Positions 1-9,158 of a DNA stretch of 64,000 bases are shown in pieces; position 1 is the first letter of the stretch, and the number at the start of each line of letters is the position of its first letter. Both the position numbers and the translations under genes were made by a program. Source of the DNA: an uncultured Prevotellaceae bacterium (GTDB lineage: Bacteria > Bacteroidota > Bacteroidia > Bacteroidales > Bacteroidaceae). Below the pieces are notes generated by a model, which was not told where the DNA came from, did not search any database, and was given only the letters and a program-made list of their open reading frames with translations. The DNA lies in assembly GCA_947176895.1 (NCBI GenBank), contig CAMWSK010000002.1, positions 24,423-88,422 on the forward strand. The letters are read 5' to 3'.

Positions 1-3000
1 GGCCAGCAAGGTGGTGGTGTCTGTGCGCAAGGTCACCTCGCGGGTGAAGCCTTTGTTCTTCAGCACGCTCTTCTGCATGCTGCTGCCCCGGGCATTCGTC
101 TGGGGCTTGGCATTGTCGCCCTGCTGACGGGCCAGGATACTGTCCACGGGCAGCCCGGTGCGTTTGCTCTCTTCCTTGGCTTTCTCGCGGTCCTGCCTTG
201 CCTTCTCTTCGGCCTTTTTCTTGTCCTCCTTCTCCTTTTTCTTGGCATCCACCTTCTTCTTGCTCTCACTCTTGGCCTTGGAAGCGCTGAAGCGTTTGTT
301 CGCCTCTTTCAGGAAAGCCGAGTGGTTATAGAGCGTCTCCATCGAGAACTTGCCGTTGACATTGACGGTCCGCTGCGTGTTGATGGTATTGCCCAGGGTG
401 GAACCATCCTCCAGTTCCGTTCCGCGCAACCAGCTGTAGGTGGCATTGTATGAGGCATCGGCCGTAACCCAGTCGAACAGCGGGATGCGGTTGAGGGGAA
501 GCTTGTAGCTGAGCTGGGTGCTTTGGTTATAGCTCAGGGGGCGGCCGAAATGGCGCAACGAGGTCTTGACACTGTCTTTCCAGGCACTGTAGGCATCGGC
601 ATAAAGGTCTTTGTTGACGGGCGTGTAAGGCTCCTCCACCTCGGCATTGGTACCGCTCTGGAAAGAGAAGTGCAACGCCTTGAAGATGTCCCACTTGAGC
701 GAGAACTCACGATTCCACAAGAAAGTCTGCGCGAAGTTGAGAGGCAACGACTGGGGATTCTCGATATCGTCGATATCACGCTCCTGCAGTTCATAATAGG
801 TGCGGGTGATGTCGGTGTTGAACGTGAGGCTTTGGGGGGCAAAGGCCAGATTCTGGTCCTTGACAATCTGCAGCCACTTGCTTTTGCTCTTCAGGTTTTT
901 GAAGGGTTCCCAGTTTTTCCAGTTGGGCGACCAACTATAGTTCATGCCGCCCCTCCACTGCTTGTTCTCCTCATACACCGTGGTCACACCCTCGGCGTGG
1001 GTACGCTGGTGGCTGTAGTTGAAGGTGAAGTTGGCAGGGTCATAGGGCATGGGGTGGCCGGCGGTGGCCACATTGAAGCGCACGCCGCTCAGCGAGAGGT
1101 TCTTCTGCACCTCGGAAGTGACGGTGAGGCTCTTGAGCGAATCCTTCTCTTCATCGGTCTGCAGGGCATCAAGGGCGTCACGCAGGCGCATATCGGTGTC
1201 AAGGGGATTGTATTTCGGCTTCACGACCTCCTTGTTATAGCTATAGTAGAGCGGCATCGTGAGCTTCGCCTTCTCGGGAAGCACCTTGCCCAGGTCGAAG
1301 TTCGTGGTCACGCTGTAGCGGTAGCTGTCCTCATCCGACCGGTCGGCCACACTTTGTTCCAGTCCGCCGAAGCCCGCCGTCCTCACCGAACCTTGCGCCG
1401 CCACGTTGCCCAGGTCGCTGAGCTGGATGTTCAGGTTGCCTTGCGCGGCCCATCCCCCCTCGTTGGTGAACTCCTGCAGGCGCAGCTCGTTGACCCACAC
1501 CTCCACGCTCTTCACCATGCGGCCGTTGTTGCGCACACCGATCATGATGGTTTTCACCTCGCCCAGGGTGGGATTACCCATGATGCTGACGCGGTTGCTT
1601 TCGTGGTTGGGGTCGTAGTCGCTGAAGAGCTTGGCGAAACTTGCCAGCCCGAGGCTCTTCTGCTTGTTGCGCTCTTTCTTCAGGTCGGTGAGCACATCGA
1701 GGTCGATGTCGATCATATTCTCCACAGGCCATACGATGCGCTGGTCGGAGACATTGTAGCGGTTATACTCTTTCTCGGGTGTCAGCTGCAGGGGGACCTC
1801 ATACTCATAGTAGTTGTTGCGGTAGTCGCTGCCCAGGCGCAGGAACACGCTGGTCTCGCCGTCCTGCAGGTTGGTGACATCGTTGAGCAGGGCATTGGCG
1901 TGGGTGAAGAGCTGAAGGTGGCGGTATTGGCGCATGTCATAGTTGACATTCTTATACACCGCCTTGGCCTCGCCGGGCTGCAGGTTCTCGGCCACCATGC
2001 TCAGCGACTGCTCGTTCTCCTCCATCACCTGGCTGGACGAGGGGTCTTGCACACGGGAGATGCCCGGAGGCAACACATAGTTCACGGGCTGCTTGCTGGA
2101 ATTTTCCTCGATGTTCACCGTGCTGACGGTCAGCGTGCCGCTGCCGGAACCCTCGCCAAGCACAAGGCTTTGCTCGTAGGGCCGCCAGTCGCCCTGCACC
2201 AGGTCGAGCGTGGCCAGACGGAGCACCACGGGCTGTTCGAAGCCGGTGAGGAACATGCGCATGAAGCGGATGCTGGTGAAATCGTTGATGGAACCCACCT
2301 TGCTGTCAAATTCCTTGACGGGAAGGCGGAACAGGTACCAGGTGACCTCCTCGGTCTTTCCGTTGCGCAGCTTGGGCGTCACCGTACGGGCATCCACGAT
2401 GTGGTTGCGCCCCACCACCATGTCCTCGGGGCGGATGGAGACGTGGTATTGGAAATACTTCTCGTATTCGTTGAGCGTGTAGTCGGTGTTCAGGTCTTCC
2501 ACATCGGGCGTGGTCTTGTAGGCCGTCTCGTAGCGTTCGGGCGAGTTGTCGCTGTCGGGCGAGTTGCCCTCGGGCATGTTGATGCGCTTGTAGCGGTCGA
2601 GGATGGGCGTGCGTGCCTGGTCGAAGTCGGTACCTCTGTAATAATGATAGTCATCGCCGGCGGGGTCAGCCATGATGCTGTCCATCACTTGGGCGTTCAC
2701 GCGCCCCTGCATCTGTTGGATATAGTCGGCATAGGCGCCGAACGAGGCTTCCTCCCCGCTGGAAAGTCCGTTCAGACCCACGTCCTGCCGCGCACGGGCC
2801 CCGGCGTCGTTGTTGAACGCGTAGGTCACGCTGTTGGTGTTGGGCACACGTCCCCACACGGTTTCGGTGTAGTAGGTGGGATCGCCGTCGATGGGCATAC
2901 CGCTTTCGAAGTACTTCTTTCCGTCCTTCAGGATATCCTCGCTCACCTCACCCAGGTTGATGTAGAAGTCGCCCCCATAGTTCCCCGGCTTATCCTTACT

Positions 3001-6000
3001 ATATATAAAGGGGTCGAGCATCCAGAACTCGATATACTCCACGTTGATGGCCTCGAAGTCGGTGTTGTCCATCTTGCGCATCATGCCGCCCCACATCTCC
3101 GCCGGGTGGAGCAGGCGGCCGTTGGCATCGACGTTGGTGTTCAGGTTATAGGCACCGCGTTCCTGGGGGTAGTAGGCCAGGTTGAGCACACTGAGATAGC
3201 TGTTGGAGCTGTACGAGGACTGGGACTTCTGGGGATAAAGTTCCCGCTCGGGAATCTCTCGCACGAAGTGGTTCGAGAGCTGGTCCAGATCGCTCTTGAT
3301 GTGGCCGGGCGTGAGCGTGCTGCTGCGGCGCGTGAAGATGGGGTCGACATAGTACCATGCCAGCAGGGCGCGGTTGTAGCCATAACGCACATCGTTGGTG
3401 AGCTTGCTTTCCGGGAACATCGAGGGTGTGCTGGCCTGTGTCCAGTAGGTGGGTTGCGAGATGCTGGTCTTGTTGCTCGAGTTCTCGAAGTCGTCCAGAT
3501 ACGAAGCCTTGCCCTGCACGCGCTGGTTCTGCCCGGCAATGAGTTGGGCGAACTCGGCATTGAAGCTTATCTGGCTGGGTTGCGTGGCGCGTATCAGGGG
3601 CAGCTTGTCCAGCATGTTGGTGAGCCACTGGCTCTCCCTCTTCCAGGAGATGTGTGCGCCCCAAAGGGTGTTCTTCAGGGGTTCGCTTCCCATGCTCACC
3701 TTGGTGGTCAGGGGTTGCTCGTTGAGGAAGAACACCGATCCGCCCAGCGTAAGGTTCCTGTTCACCTCATAGTCGGCATTGAAGCCGAGCATAGTCTTTC
3801 GTTGCATGCCATAGTTGTCGTTGCTTTCCACCGAGGCGTTGATGGAGGTGCCCGCATCCAGGATGCTTTGGTTCAGGATGGTGACGATGCCCGAGTTATA
3901 GTCCACACGATAATCCACGTTCTCGGCCAGCGTCACTCCGCCTGCCGTCACCACCACGCTTCCCGGGGCGATGTAGTTGGCCCCCAGGTCTATCTGTCCG
4001 GCATTGCTCCCCTGGAAATGGCCCGTGATGATGAACTTGTCGTGCTCGGCAATCTGTTTGGCCACCGTCTTCGTGCTGTCATACAGCTCGGGAAAGGCAT
4101 ATTTTTCGGCCACGGCGGCATTGCCTATCCATTGCGTCAGATGTTCGCCGAAAGGCTCCGCCACGGGGAAGTAGACACGTCCCTTGTGGATGGTATAACC
4201 CTCCACATAATCGAACTTGCCGTTGGGGTTGGCCTTGTTGTTGTCGTCCAGGCGGTCAAGGTTCATGGCGCGAAGCAGGGTGGTGTTCTTCAGGTCAGCC
4301 TCGGGCAGATAGGTGAGATAGACGCCGCTGGAGTCGCTCTGATACTTGATGTCGAGCTTGAATTTCTCTTTCTGCGTGCTGGTGGCTTCCAGGCTGTACA
4401 CGTTCTTCATCATCAGCCGCCAGGTGGGCAGGGCAGGCGAACCGCTGGAGCCTTTCAGCATCTTGACGAACAGACAGCTGGTGGAGCTGGTGTTGTCGGC
4501 CGAGAACTCGCCCACCTGATAGGTGACGCCGCCGTAGGTGTACTCATAGGCCACGGCCAGCACATCGTCGGTCTGCAGCGTGCTGTTGAGCGACACATAG
4601 CCCAATTGGGTGTTGACATAATATTCCGAGCTGCCAAGCAGACGGGCACTCTGCAACTTCTCATAATCCTCGCCGCCCACCAGGCCATAGCCGTCGAGCA
4701 AGCCCGTGGCCTGACTGATGTCCCGTGCATCGGCCAGCGAACCCACCATCGTGGCGTATTCGTTGTTGGCCTTGTTCGAGGGAACGGTCACGCTGCCCGG
4801 TGTCCAGAGGGCGGTGTTGCCGATGAAGCTGTTCTCGCCCAGGTCGGAGAGGGCAATGATATTTCGGTTGTTGGTGGTGGAGCCGGTCTTGTTCGTCACC
4901 CATATCTCCACACGCTTGATGGTCACGCCGCTGGCGATGTTGGGCAGCGACCGCATGTTGCGGTCGTATTGCTGGCGGAAGAAGTGGGAAAGGAAGAAGT
5001 GGCGGTTCTCCTCGTAATTGGTGGCGGAGAACTCGAAATTCTGCGTGCTGGAGCCGCCCTTGGAGCTGACGCTGCGCGTGGCACTGCGCTTCTGGCTGAC
5101 CACCGACTGCAGCTTCAGCTTGCCGAACTGGAGGTCGGTGCGCAGGCCGAACAGGCTGCTGGCACCGGGTATCAGGCTGTTGTTGGAGGGCATGGACACG
5201 TTGCCGGCCTCCACCAGTTTGATCACCTCGTCCTCCTTGCCGTCATACTTCAGCTTCATGCTTTGGGAATCAAAGTCAAACGAGGCATCAGTGTTGTAGT
5301 TGAGGTTCATCTTTATCTTGTCGCCCACACTGCCCTGCATGCTCAGGTTGATCTTCTCATCGAAGTCGAACCCCGTCGTCTTGCGGCGGTTGGCGGCCAG
5401 CGAGGGGTTGTCCACCCGCTTCATGTTCATCCCCACCTTCAGCTCGGCCGAGCCCTGCGTCTTGATGCGCACGCCGCCGGGACCGAAAATCTTCTCGGCG
5501 GGCCCCAGGCTGAAGTGCATGTCCGTGAAGTCGAACTTCGTCTGGCCATTGGTCTCGAACTCCCGGGCATTGCGGTCGCGGTAATACTTCTGCATACTCC
5601 GGCGCAGCGTCCAGCGGCGATACTCCTCGGCCGTCATCAGCAGAGGAGCGTCGAGGTAGGTGGGCACATTGCCCAAAGCCGTCTGCGAACCGACGGAAAG
5701 ACCCAGCCCCGAAGCCGTGCCCGCGCCGGTCTTCTGTGTGGAGGACGAGGCATCGGCATCCCCCTTCCCGGGCACGACAAGCGTGGTGCCCACGGTATAG
5801 GTGTCGTCCTTCTCGTCATAATCCACCTGCGTTTTCAGGTTCCCCGGATCGCGCAGGTCGGCAGCCTTGCGTTCGGCATCCTTCTCGCTCTCCACGGTGG
5901 TGCGCCGCACACTGTAGCGGGGCTTGGCGCCAACGGAGTCTTTGGGTGCGGCCTTTTGGGCCATGGCACTCAAGGCCACGACCTGCAACGCACAACATAT

Positions 6001-6018
6001 CACCCAGAACCTCCTCAT
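1..6018 (-). CDS. sprA: T9SS outer-membrane translocon SprA/Sov, N-terminal ~2006 codons (3' end lies beyond the window edge)
   Basis: The minus-strand frame is open from ATG 6018 to position 1 with no stop, so it is absent from the supplied track. The 1840-aa plus-strand ORF 523..6045 is its antisense shadow. My translation reads MRRFWVICCALQVVALSAMAQ (signal peptide) ... MDNTDFEAINVEYIEFWMLDPF ... FYINLGEVSEDILKDGKKYFESG. The >2000-aa size class and the position directly downstream of ruvA fit Bacteroidota sprA. Confidence 0.85.
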   Translation of the reverse strand, partial: MRRFWVICCALQVVALSAMAQKAAPKDSVGAKPRYSVRRTTVESEKDAERKAADLRDPGNLKTQVDYDEKDDTYTVGTTLVVPGKGDADASSSTQKTGAGTASGLGLSVGSQTALGNVPTYLDAPLLMTAEEYRRWTLRRSMQKYYRDRNAREFETNGQTKFDFTDMHFSLGPAEKIFGPGGVRIKTQGSAELKVGMNMKRVDNPSLAANRRKTTGFDFDEKINLSMQGSVGDKIKMNLNYNTDASFDFDSQSMKLKYDGKEDEVIKLVEAGNVSMPSNNSLIPGASSLFGLRTDLQFGKLKLQSVVSQKRSATRSVSSKGGSSTQNFEFSATNYEENRHFFLSHFFRQQYDRNMRSLPNIASGVTIKRVEIWVTNKTGSTTNNRNIIALSDLGENSFIGNTALWTPGSVTVPSNKANNEYATMVGSLADARDISQATGLLDGYGLVGGEDYEKLQSARLLGSSEYYVNTQLGYVSLNSTLQTDDVLAVAYEYTYGGVTYQVGEFSADNTSSTSCLFVKMLKGSSGSPALPTWRLMMKNVYSLEATSTQKEKFKLDIKYQSDSSGVYLTYLPEADLKNTTLLRAMNLDRLDDNNKANPNGKFDYVEGYTIHKGRVYFPVAEPFGEHLTQWIGNAAVAEKYAFPELYDSTKTVAKQIAEHDKFIITGHFQGSNAGQIDLGANYIAPGSVVVTAGGVTLAENVDYRVDYNSGIVTILNQSILDAGTSINASVESNDNYGMQRKTMLGFNADYEVNRNLTLGGSVFFLNEQPLTTKVSMGSEPLKNTLWGAHISWKRESQWLTNMLDKLPLIRATQPSQISFNAEFAQLIAGQNQRVQGKASYLDDFENSSNKTSISQPTYWTQASTPSMFPESKLTNDVRYGYNRALLAWYYVDPIFTRRSSTLTPGHIKSDLDQLSNHFVREIPERELYPQKSQSSYSSNSYLSVLNLAYYPQERGAYNLNTNVDANGRLLHPAEMWGGMMRKMDNTDFEAINVEYIEFWMLDPFIYSKDKPGNYGGDFYINLGEVSEDILKDGKKYFESGMPIDGDPTYYTETVWGRVPNTNSVTYAFNNDAGARARQDVGLNGLSSGEEASFGAYADYIQQMQGRVNAQVMDSIMADPAGDDYHYYRGTDFDQARTPILDRYKRINMPEGNSPDSDNSPERYETAYKTTPDVEDLNTDYTLNEYEKYFQYHVSIRPEDMVVGRNHIVDARTVTPKLRNGKTEEVTWYLFRLPVKEFDSKVGSINDFTSIRFMRMFLTGFEQPVVLRLATLDLVQGDWRPYEQSLVLGEGSGSGTLTVSTVNIEENSSKQPVNYVLPPGISRVQDPSSSQVMEENEQSLSMVAENLQPGEAKAVYKNVNYDMRQYRHLQLFTHANALLNDVTNLQDGETSVFLRLGSDYRNNYYEYEVPLQLTPEKEYNRYNVSDQRIVWPVENMIDIDLDVLTDLKKERNKQKSLGLASFAKLFSDYDPNHESNRVSIMGNPTLGEVKTIMIGVRNNGRMVKSVEVWVNELRLQEFTNEGGWAAQGNLNIQLSDLGNVAAQGSVRTAGFGGLEQSVADRSDEDSYRYSVTTNFDLGKVLPEKAKLTMPLYYSYNKEVVKPKYNPLDTDMRLRDALDALQTDEEKDSLKSLTVTSEVQKNLSLSGVRFNVATAGHPMPYDPANFTFNYSHQRTHAEGVTTVYEENKQWRGGMNYSWSPNWKNWEPFKNLKSKSKWLQIVKDQNLAFAPQSLTFNTDITRTYYELQERDIDDIENPQSLPLNFAQTFLWNREFSLKWDIFKALHFSFQSGTNAEVEEPYTPVNKDLYADAYSAWKDSVKTSLRHFGRPLSYNQSTQLSYKLPLNRIPLFDWVTADASYNATYSWLRGTELEDGSTLGNTINTQRTVNVNGKFSMETLYNHSAFLKEANKRFSASKAKSESKKKVDAKKKEKEDKKKAEEKARQDREKAKEESKRTGLPVDSILARQQGDNAKPQTNARGSSMQKSVLKNKGFTREVTLRTDTTTLLA

Positions 6019-6031
6019 CCGGCGTCCACGG

Positions 6032-6625
6032 TTACAGCATCTTAAGTGCTTTCTTAATCACCTGTTCGATGGCCATCGAGGGGTCATCCCTGAGCAACTG
6101 CTGCACCACCTTCTGCGAGGGTGCTGGCGAGAAACCCAGCATCGTGAGGGCGGCCACGGCCTCCTGCTGCAATTCATGAGGCACGGCGGCCTCCGCACCA
6201 CCCGTGTGCGTGGGGCGTATGTCCAAGGCCAGCACCTTGTCTTTCAGGTCGACGATGATGCGCTGGGCGGCCTTGGGGCCAATGCCCTTGATGGCCTTCA
6301 GCGTACGCTCCTGCCCCTGGCTGATGGCCTCCACCAGCTCGCCCGGCGAGAGCGCCGACAAAATCATGCGCGTGGTGGCCGCGCCGATGCCGCTGACACT
6401 GTTCAGAAGCAGGAAAAGGTCACGCTCCTGGCGCGTGGCAAAGCCCCACAACGTGTAGGCATCCTCGCGGATAACCTCCACCACCAGCAGCTTCACCTCC
6501 CTTTTCCCCTGAATGGCAGTGTACGTGCCCAACGATATGTTCAGGCCATAGCCCACCCCGTTGCAGTCCACCACAGCCAGCGCGGGCGTCAGCTCGGCCA
6601 ATTCTCCTCTTACATATTCAATCAT
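6032..6625 (-). CDS. ruvA: Holliday junction branch migration complex subunit RuvA
   Basis: ORF 6032..6928 trimmed to ATG 6625. MIEYVRGELAELTPALAVVDCNGVGYGLNISL is a classic RuvA N-terminus. HhH motifs SVSGIGAATTRMIL and IKGIGPKAAQRII are present. Confidence 0.93.
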   Translation of the reverse strand: MIEYVRGELAELTPALAVVDCNGVGYGLNISLGTYTAIQGKREVKLLVVEVIREDAYTLWGFATRQERDLFLLLNSVSGIGAATTRMILSALSPGELVEAISQGQERTLKAIKGIGPKAAQRIIVDLKDKVLALDIRPTHTGGAEAAVPHELQQEAVAALTMLGFSPAPSQKVVQQLLRDDPSMAIEQVIKKALKML

Positions 6626-6635
6626 AATACAAGCA

Positions 6636-6643
6636 CAAAGATA
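6636..6643 (-). promoter_or_regulatory. Bacteroidota -7 box (TATCTTTG) for ruvA
   Basis: The minus strand reads TATCTTTG, matching TAnnTTTG, only about 10 nt upstream of the ruvA ATG. This implies a very short or absent leader. Confidence 0.45.
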
Positions 6644-6674
6644 CGAAAATATAACGTAGCAATCCCCCCACTTA

Positions 6675-6705
6675 TTGCTCGACGTGATTATTTTCGCTAC
6701 CTTTG
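6675..6705 (+). promoter_or_regulatory. Bacteroidota sigma-A type promoter (TTG-N20-TACCTTTG) for cysQ
   Basis: TTG at 6675-6677 and TACCTTTG at 6698-6705, 26 nt upstream of the cysQ ATG. Confidence 0.5.
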
Positions 6706-6731
6706 TAGCCTCAACATAAAACTTATACCCT

Positions 6732-7553
6732 ATGATCATCGAACCCACCAACTCCGGACTGAGCATCGCCATACGGGCAGCATTGGAGGCCGGCCGCCGG
6801 ATCATGCAGATATACGACGACCCCGCCCAGGACTTCGGCATCGAGCGCAAGGCGGACAATTCGCCCCTGACGCTGGCCGACAAGGCCGCACACCACGCCA
6901 TCTGCAGCCTGCTGGAGCCGACGAACATCCCTGTTCTCAGCGAGGAAGGCGCACACGAAGCCTACGAGAAGCGGAAAAACTGGGAAGCTTTCTGGCTGGT
7001 GGACCCCCTGGACGGCACCAAAGAGTTCATCAAGAAAAACGGAGAGTTCACCGTCAACATCGCCCTGGTGCTGGACCACCGTCCCCACCTGGGCGTCATC
7101 TATGTGCCTGCACGCCGCGAACTTTACTTCGGCGAACCCCTGCTCGGCGCTTTCAAGGTGACGGACATTGACCAATGGAGCGAGGAGGAAAGCCTGACAC
7201 AACTGCTTGACCGCGCCACACAACTGCCCGTGAAGCGTGACAACCCCGACACCTATGTCATCGTGGCCAGCCGGAGCCACCTCTCGTCCGAGACAGAGGA
7301 GTTCATCAACCGGGCCAAGGCAGAACACGACCATGTGGAGTGCGTCAGCAGCGGCAGCAGTCTGAAGATATGCCTGGTGGCCGAAGGGGCCGCCGACGTC
7401 TATCCCCGATACGCCCCCACCATGGAATGGGACACTGCGGCAGGCCACGCCATCGCCACATGCGCCGGCAAACAAGTGTACGAGGCCGGGGCAGACAATC
7501 CCCTGAAATACAACAAAGAGGACCTGCACAACCCTTGGTTCATCGTGAAATAA
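6732..7553 (+). CDS. cysQ: 3'(2'),5'-bisphosphate nucleotidase (inositol monophosphatase family)
   Basis: 273 aa. Contains the LSEE and WLVDPLDGTKEF metal-binding motifs of the IMPase/CysQ family, and the overall layout matches CysQ. Confidence 0.85.
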   Translation: MIIEPTNSGLSIAIRAALEAGRRIMQIYDDPAQDFGIERKADNSPLTLADKAAHHAICSLLEPTNIPVLSEEGAHEAYEKRKNWEAFWLVDPLDGTKEFIKKNGEFTVNIALVLDHRPHLGVIYVPARRELYFGEPLLGAFKVTDIDQWSEEESLTQLLDRATQLPVKRDNPDTYVIVASRSHLSSETEEFINRAKAEHDHVECVSSGSSLKICLVAEGAADVYPRYAPTMEWDTAAGHAIATCAGKQVYEAGADNPLKYNKEDLHNPWFIVK

Positions 7554-7570
7554 CATCTGCAGACAGGAAA

Positions 7571-7609
7571 AGCGCGGTGGCAATTCATTCGATTGCCACC
7601 GCGCTTTTT
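7571..7609 (+). terminator. Rho-independent terminator after cysQ
   Basis: A 14-bp perfect stem, AGCGCGGTGGCAAT (7571-7584) with ATTGCCACCGCGCT (7592-7605), a 7-nt loop, then TTTT. Confidence 0.85.
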
Positions 7610-7644
7610 CATATATTCACCCCATACACCCACATCTTCCGGCC

Positions 7645-7731
7645 AAAACATCAAGACGTTTTTCAAAAACATGAACACGTTTTTTGAAAACATGAGCATG
7701 TTTTTCCCAAAGCCCTGCGGGCATACGGGAA
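7645..7731. repeat. Dispersed intergenic repeat, copy A: three tandem AAAACAT-N4-6-(A/C)(T/G)GTTTT units plus a CCCAAAGCCCTGCGGGCA tail
   Basis: The units are aaaacatcaagacgttttt, aaaaacatgaacacgttttt and aaaacatgagcatgttttt, followed by cccaaagccctgcgggcatacggg. A close homologue lies at 46237-46325. Related arrays lie at 27400-27485 and, inverted, at 61534-61620. Confidence 0.85.
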
Positions 7732-7760
7732 TGTGTTCAAGAAGCACGCGGAAGCGACAC

Positions 7761-7789
7761 AAGAAAAGCCCGGGCTTGCACCCGGGCTT
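7761..7789 (-). terminator. Rho-independent terminator after the OmpA-family gene
   Basis: Stem AAGCCCGGG/CCCGGGCTT with a 6-nt loop. On the minus strand it is followed by TTTTCTT. Confidence 0.75.
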
Positions 7790-7817
7790 CTCCTATGTAT
7801 TATCCGAAAGGATGAAC

Positions 7818-8972
7818 TTACTTCAGAGTCACAACAGCGCGACGGTTGTAAGAAACGGGAGTCAGATCGGCTACGCCACCCTGACCAACAGTCTCGATTC
7901 TGTTCTCGGGAACACCCATCTTAACCAGCTCCTTGGCAACAGCCTTGGCACGCTTCTCAGAGAGCTGCTGGTTGTAAGCGGCGCTACCGGTCTTGGAATC
8001 GGCGAAACCGGTCACCACAACGGTCTTGTTGTTGGCGATAGCGTAATCGGCCAGCTGCTTAACGTTCACCAAATCCTTCTTGGAAGCGATTACGCTCTTG
8101 TTGATGTTGAAGAATACGGAACTGCTGGTGGTAGCGAACTCGGTAACGGTGTTGGTGACCACCTTATCCTTGGGACGACGAGCCAGCTTGTTCTTCAGGT
8201 CAGCGTTCTCAGCCTCGAGGCCGGCGATGGTGCCGTTCAAAGCATCAATCTGTGACTTGTGGTTAGCCAGGATAGCGTCCATGTCGGGAGCCTTATCCCA
8301 TCCCACCTTGCCAAGGTTGAAACCGATACCGGCGCTGAAGCCAACCTGGCTGTCGCGGTTCTTGATAACGTTGCTGGCACCGGGACCTACCAAGCCATCC
8401 ATATCTTTCTCACCCAAACGAGTGTAGATGTCGAGGTTGATGTGGAAACGCTTGGTGACGTTCCAGGTGTTGAACACACCGAGATCGGCAATATAGCTCA
8501 TGCCGCCGCCATCGCTAACCACATCCAGCACGCCGAAACCGCCATAGAGGCTGATCTCCCACCAACGGGGCTTGTAACCGGCAAACAGGTTGGTCAGGTT
8601 AATCATGGGCTGCACCGAGATGCTGAACTGCTTGATGGTGGTGTTGTCGGGACCATAAGCACTCTGAATCTGAGACATCCAAGCGCCCTGAGCCTTCACA
8701 CGCAGACCGAAAGCGGGGGTGGCCCACTTACCGATGCTCAACTCACCTCCCCAATTGCGACGACCCGTCCAGAAAGGATTCTTCTTAAGACCCAAGCCGT
8801 GCTCGGTGTCTGAATAAGAACTCAGATGGGTGACACCGGCATCGATGAACCAGTTGTCCCACCAACCATTCTGTACCACACGGTGCTTCAGAGTGGGATA
8901 CTCAGAAGTGGTCTGTGCCATTGCTGCAGTGCCAAGACCGCAGAAGGCCAAAAGCATCAACATTTTCTTCAT
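7818..8972 (-). CDS. OmpA-family outer membrane protein (beta-barrel N-domain, coiled linker, C-terminal OmpA/peptidoglycan-binding domain)
   Basis: 384 aa. Signal peptide MKKMLMLLAFCGLGTAAMAQ and an aromatic-rich barrel region. The C-terminus TGFADSKTGSAAYNQQLSEKRAKAVAKELV is the OmpA_C signature. Confidence 0.9.
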   Translation of the reverse strand: MKKMLMLLAFCGLGTAAMAQTTSEYPTLKHRVVQNGWWDNWFIDAGVTHLSSYSDTEHGLGLKKNPFWTGRRNWGGELSIGKWATPAFGLRVKAQGAWMSQIQSAYGPDNTTIKQFSISVQPMINLTNLFAGYKPRWWEISLYGGFGVLDVVSDGGGMSYIADLGVFNTWNVTKRFHINLDIYTRLGEKDMDGLVGPGASNVIKNRDSQVGFSAGIGFNLGKVGWDKAPDMDAILANHKSQIDALNGTIAGLEAENADLKNKLARRPKDKVVTNTVTEFATTSSSVFFNINKSVIASKKDLVNVKQLADYAIANNKTVVVTGFADSKTGSAAYNQQLSEKRAKAVAKELVKMGVPENRIETVGQGGVADLTPVSYNRRAVVTLK

Positions 8973-9062
8973 GACAATTCTTAATTTTAAATGTTAGTAA
9001 TTATGTATAATGTTCAATATCGGTTTTTGTGATTTTTCACCTGCAACTCAGTATTATCGCCA

Positions 9063-9094
9063 CAAATGTAAGACAAAAATGCTAATCACACAAA
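9063..9094 (-). promoter_or_regulatory. Promoter (TTG-N20-TACATTTG) for the OmpA-family gene
   Basis: The minus strand reads cTTTTGtgtgattagcatttttgtctTACATTTG, about 90 nt upstream of ATG 8972. Confidence 0.5.
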
Positions 9095-9158
9095 AGAAAA
9101 AGATTAAAAATTAACAAATCCGCCCCCTTTACGCATAAAAAGGTGGTTTAGGGATAGT

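Noticed and set aside
523-6045. A 1840-aa plus-strand ORF, the longest in the track.
   Set aside because: It is the antisense shadow of sprA. Its composition is implausible (runs of H, V, G, L, A), it has no recognisable motifs, and the opposite strand encodes a coherent secreted protein.
7645-7731. The tandem repeat arrays here, and at 27400, 46237 and 61534, were considered as a small CRISPR array.
   Set aside because: The units are contiguous, with 0-4 nt between them and no ~30-nt unique spacers. Each array has only three or four units, the units diverge from one another, and no cas genes are present in the window.
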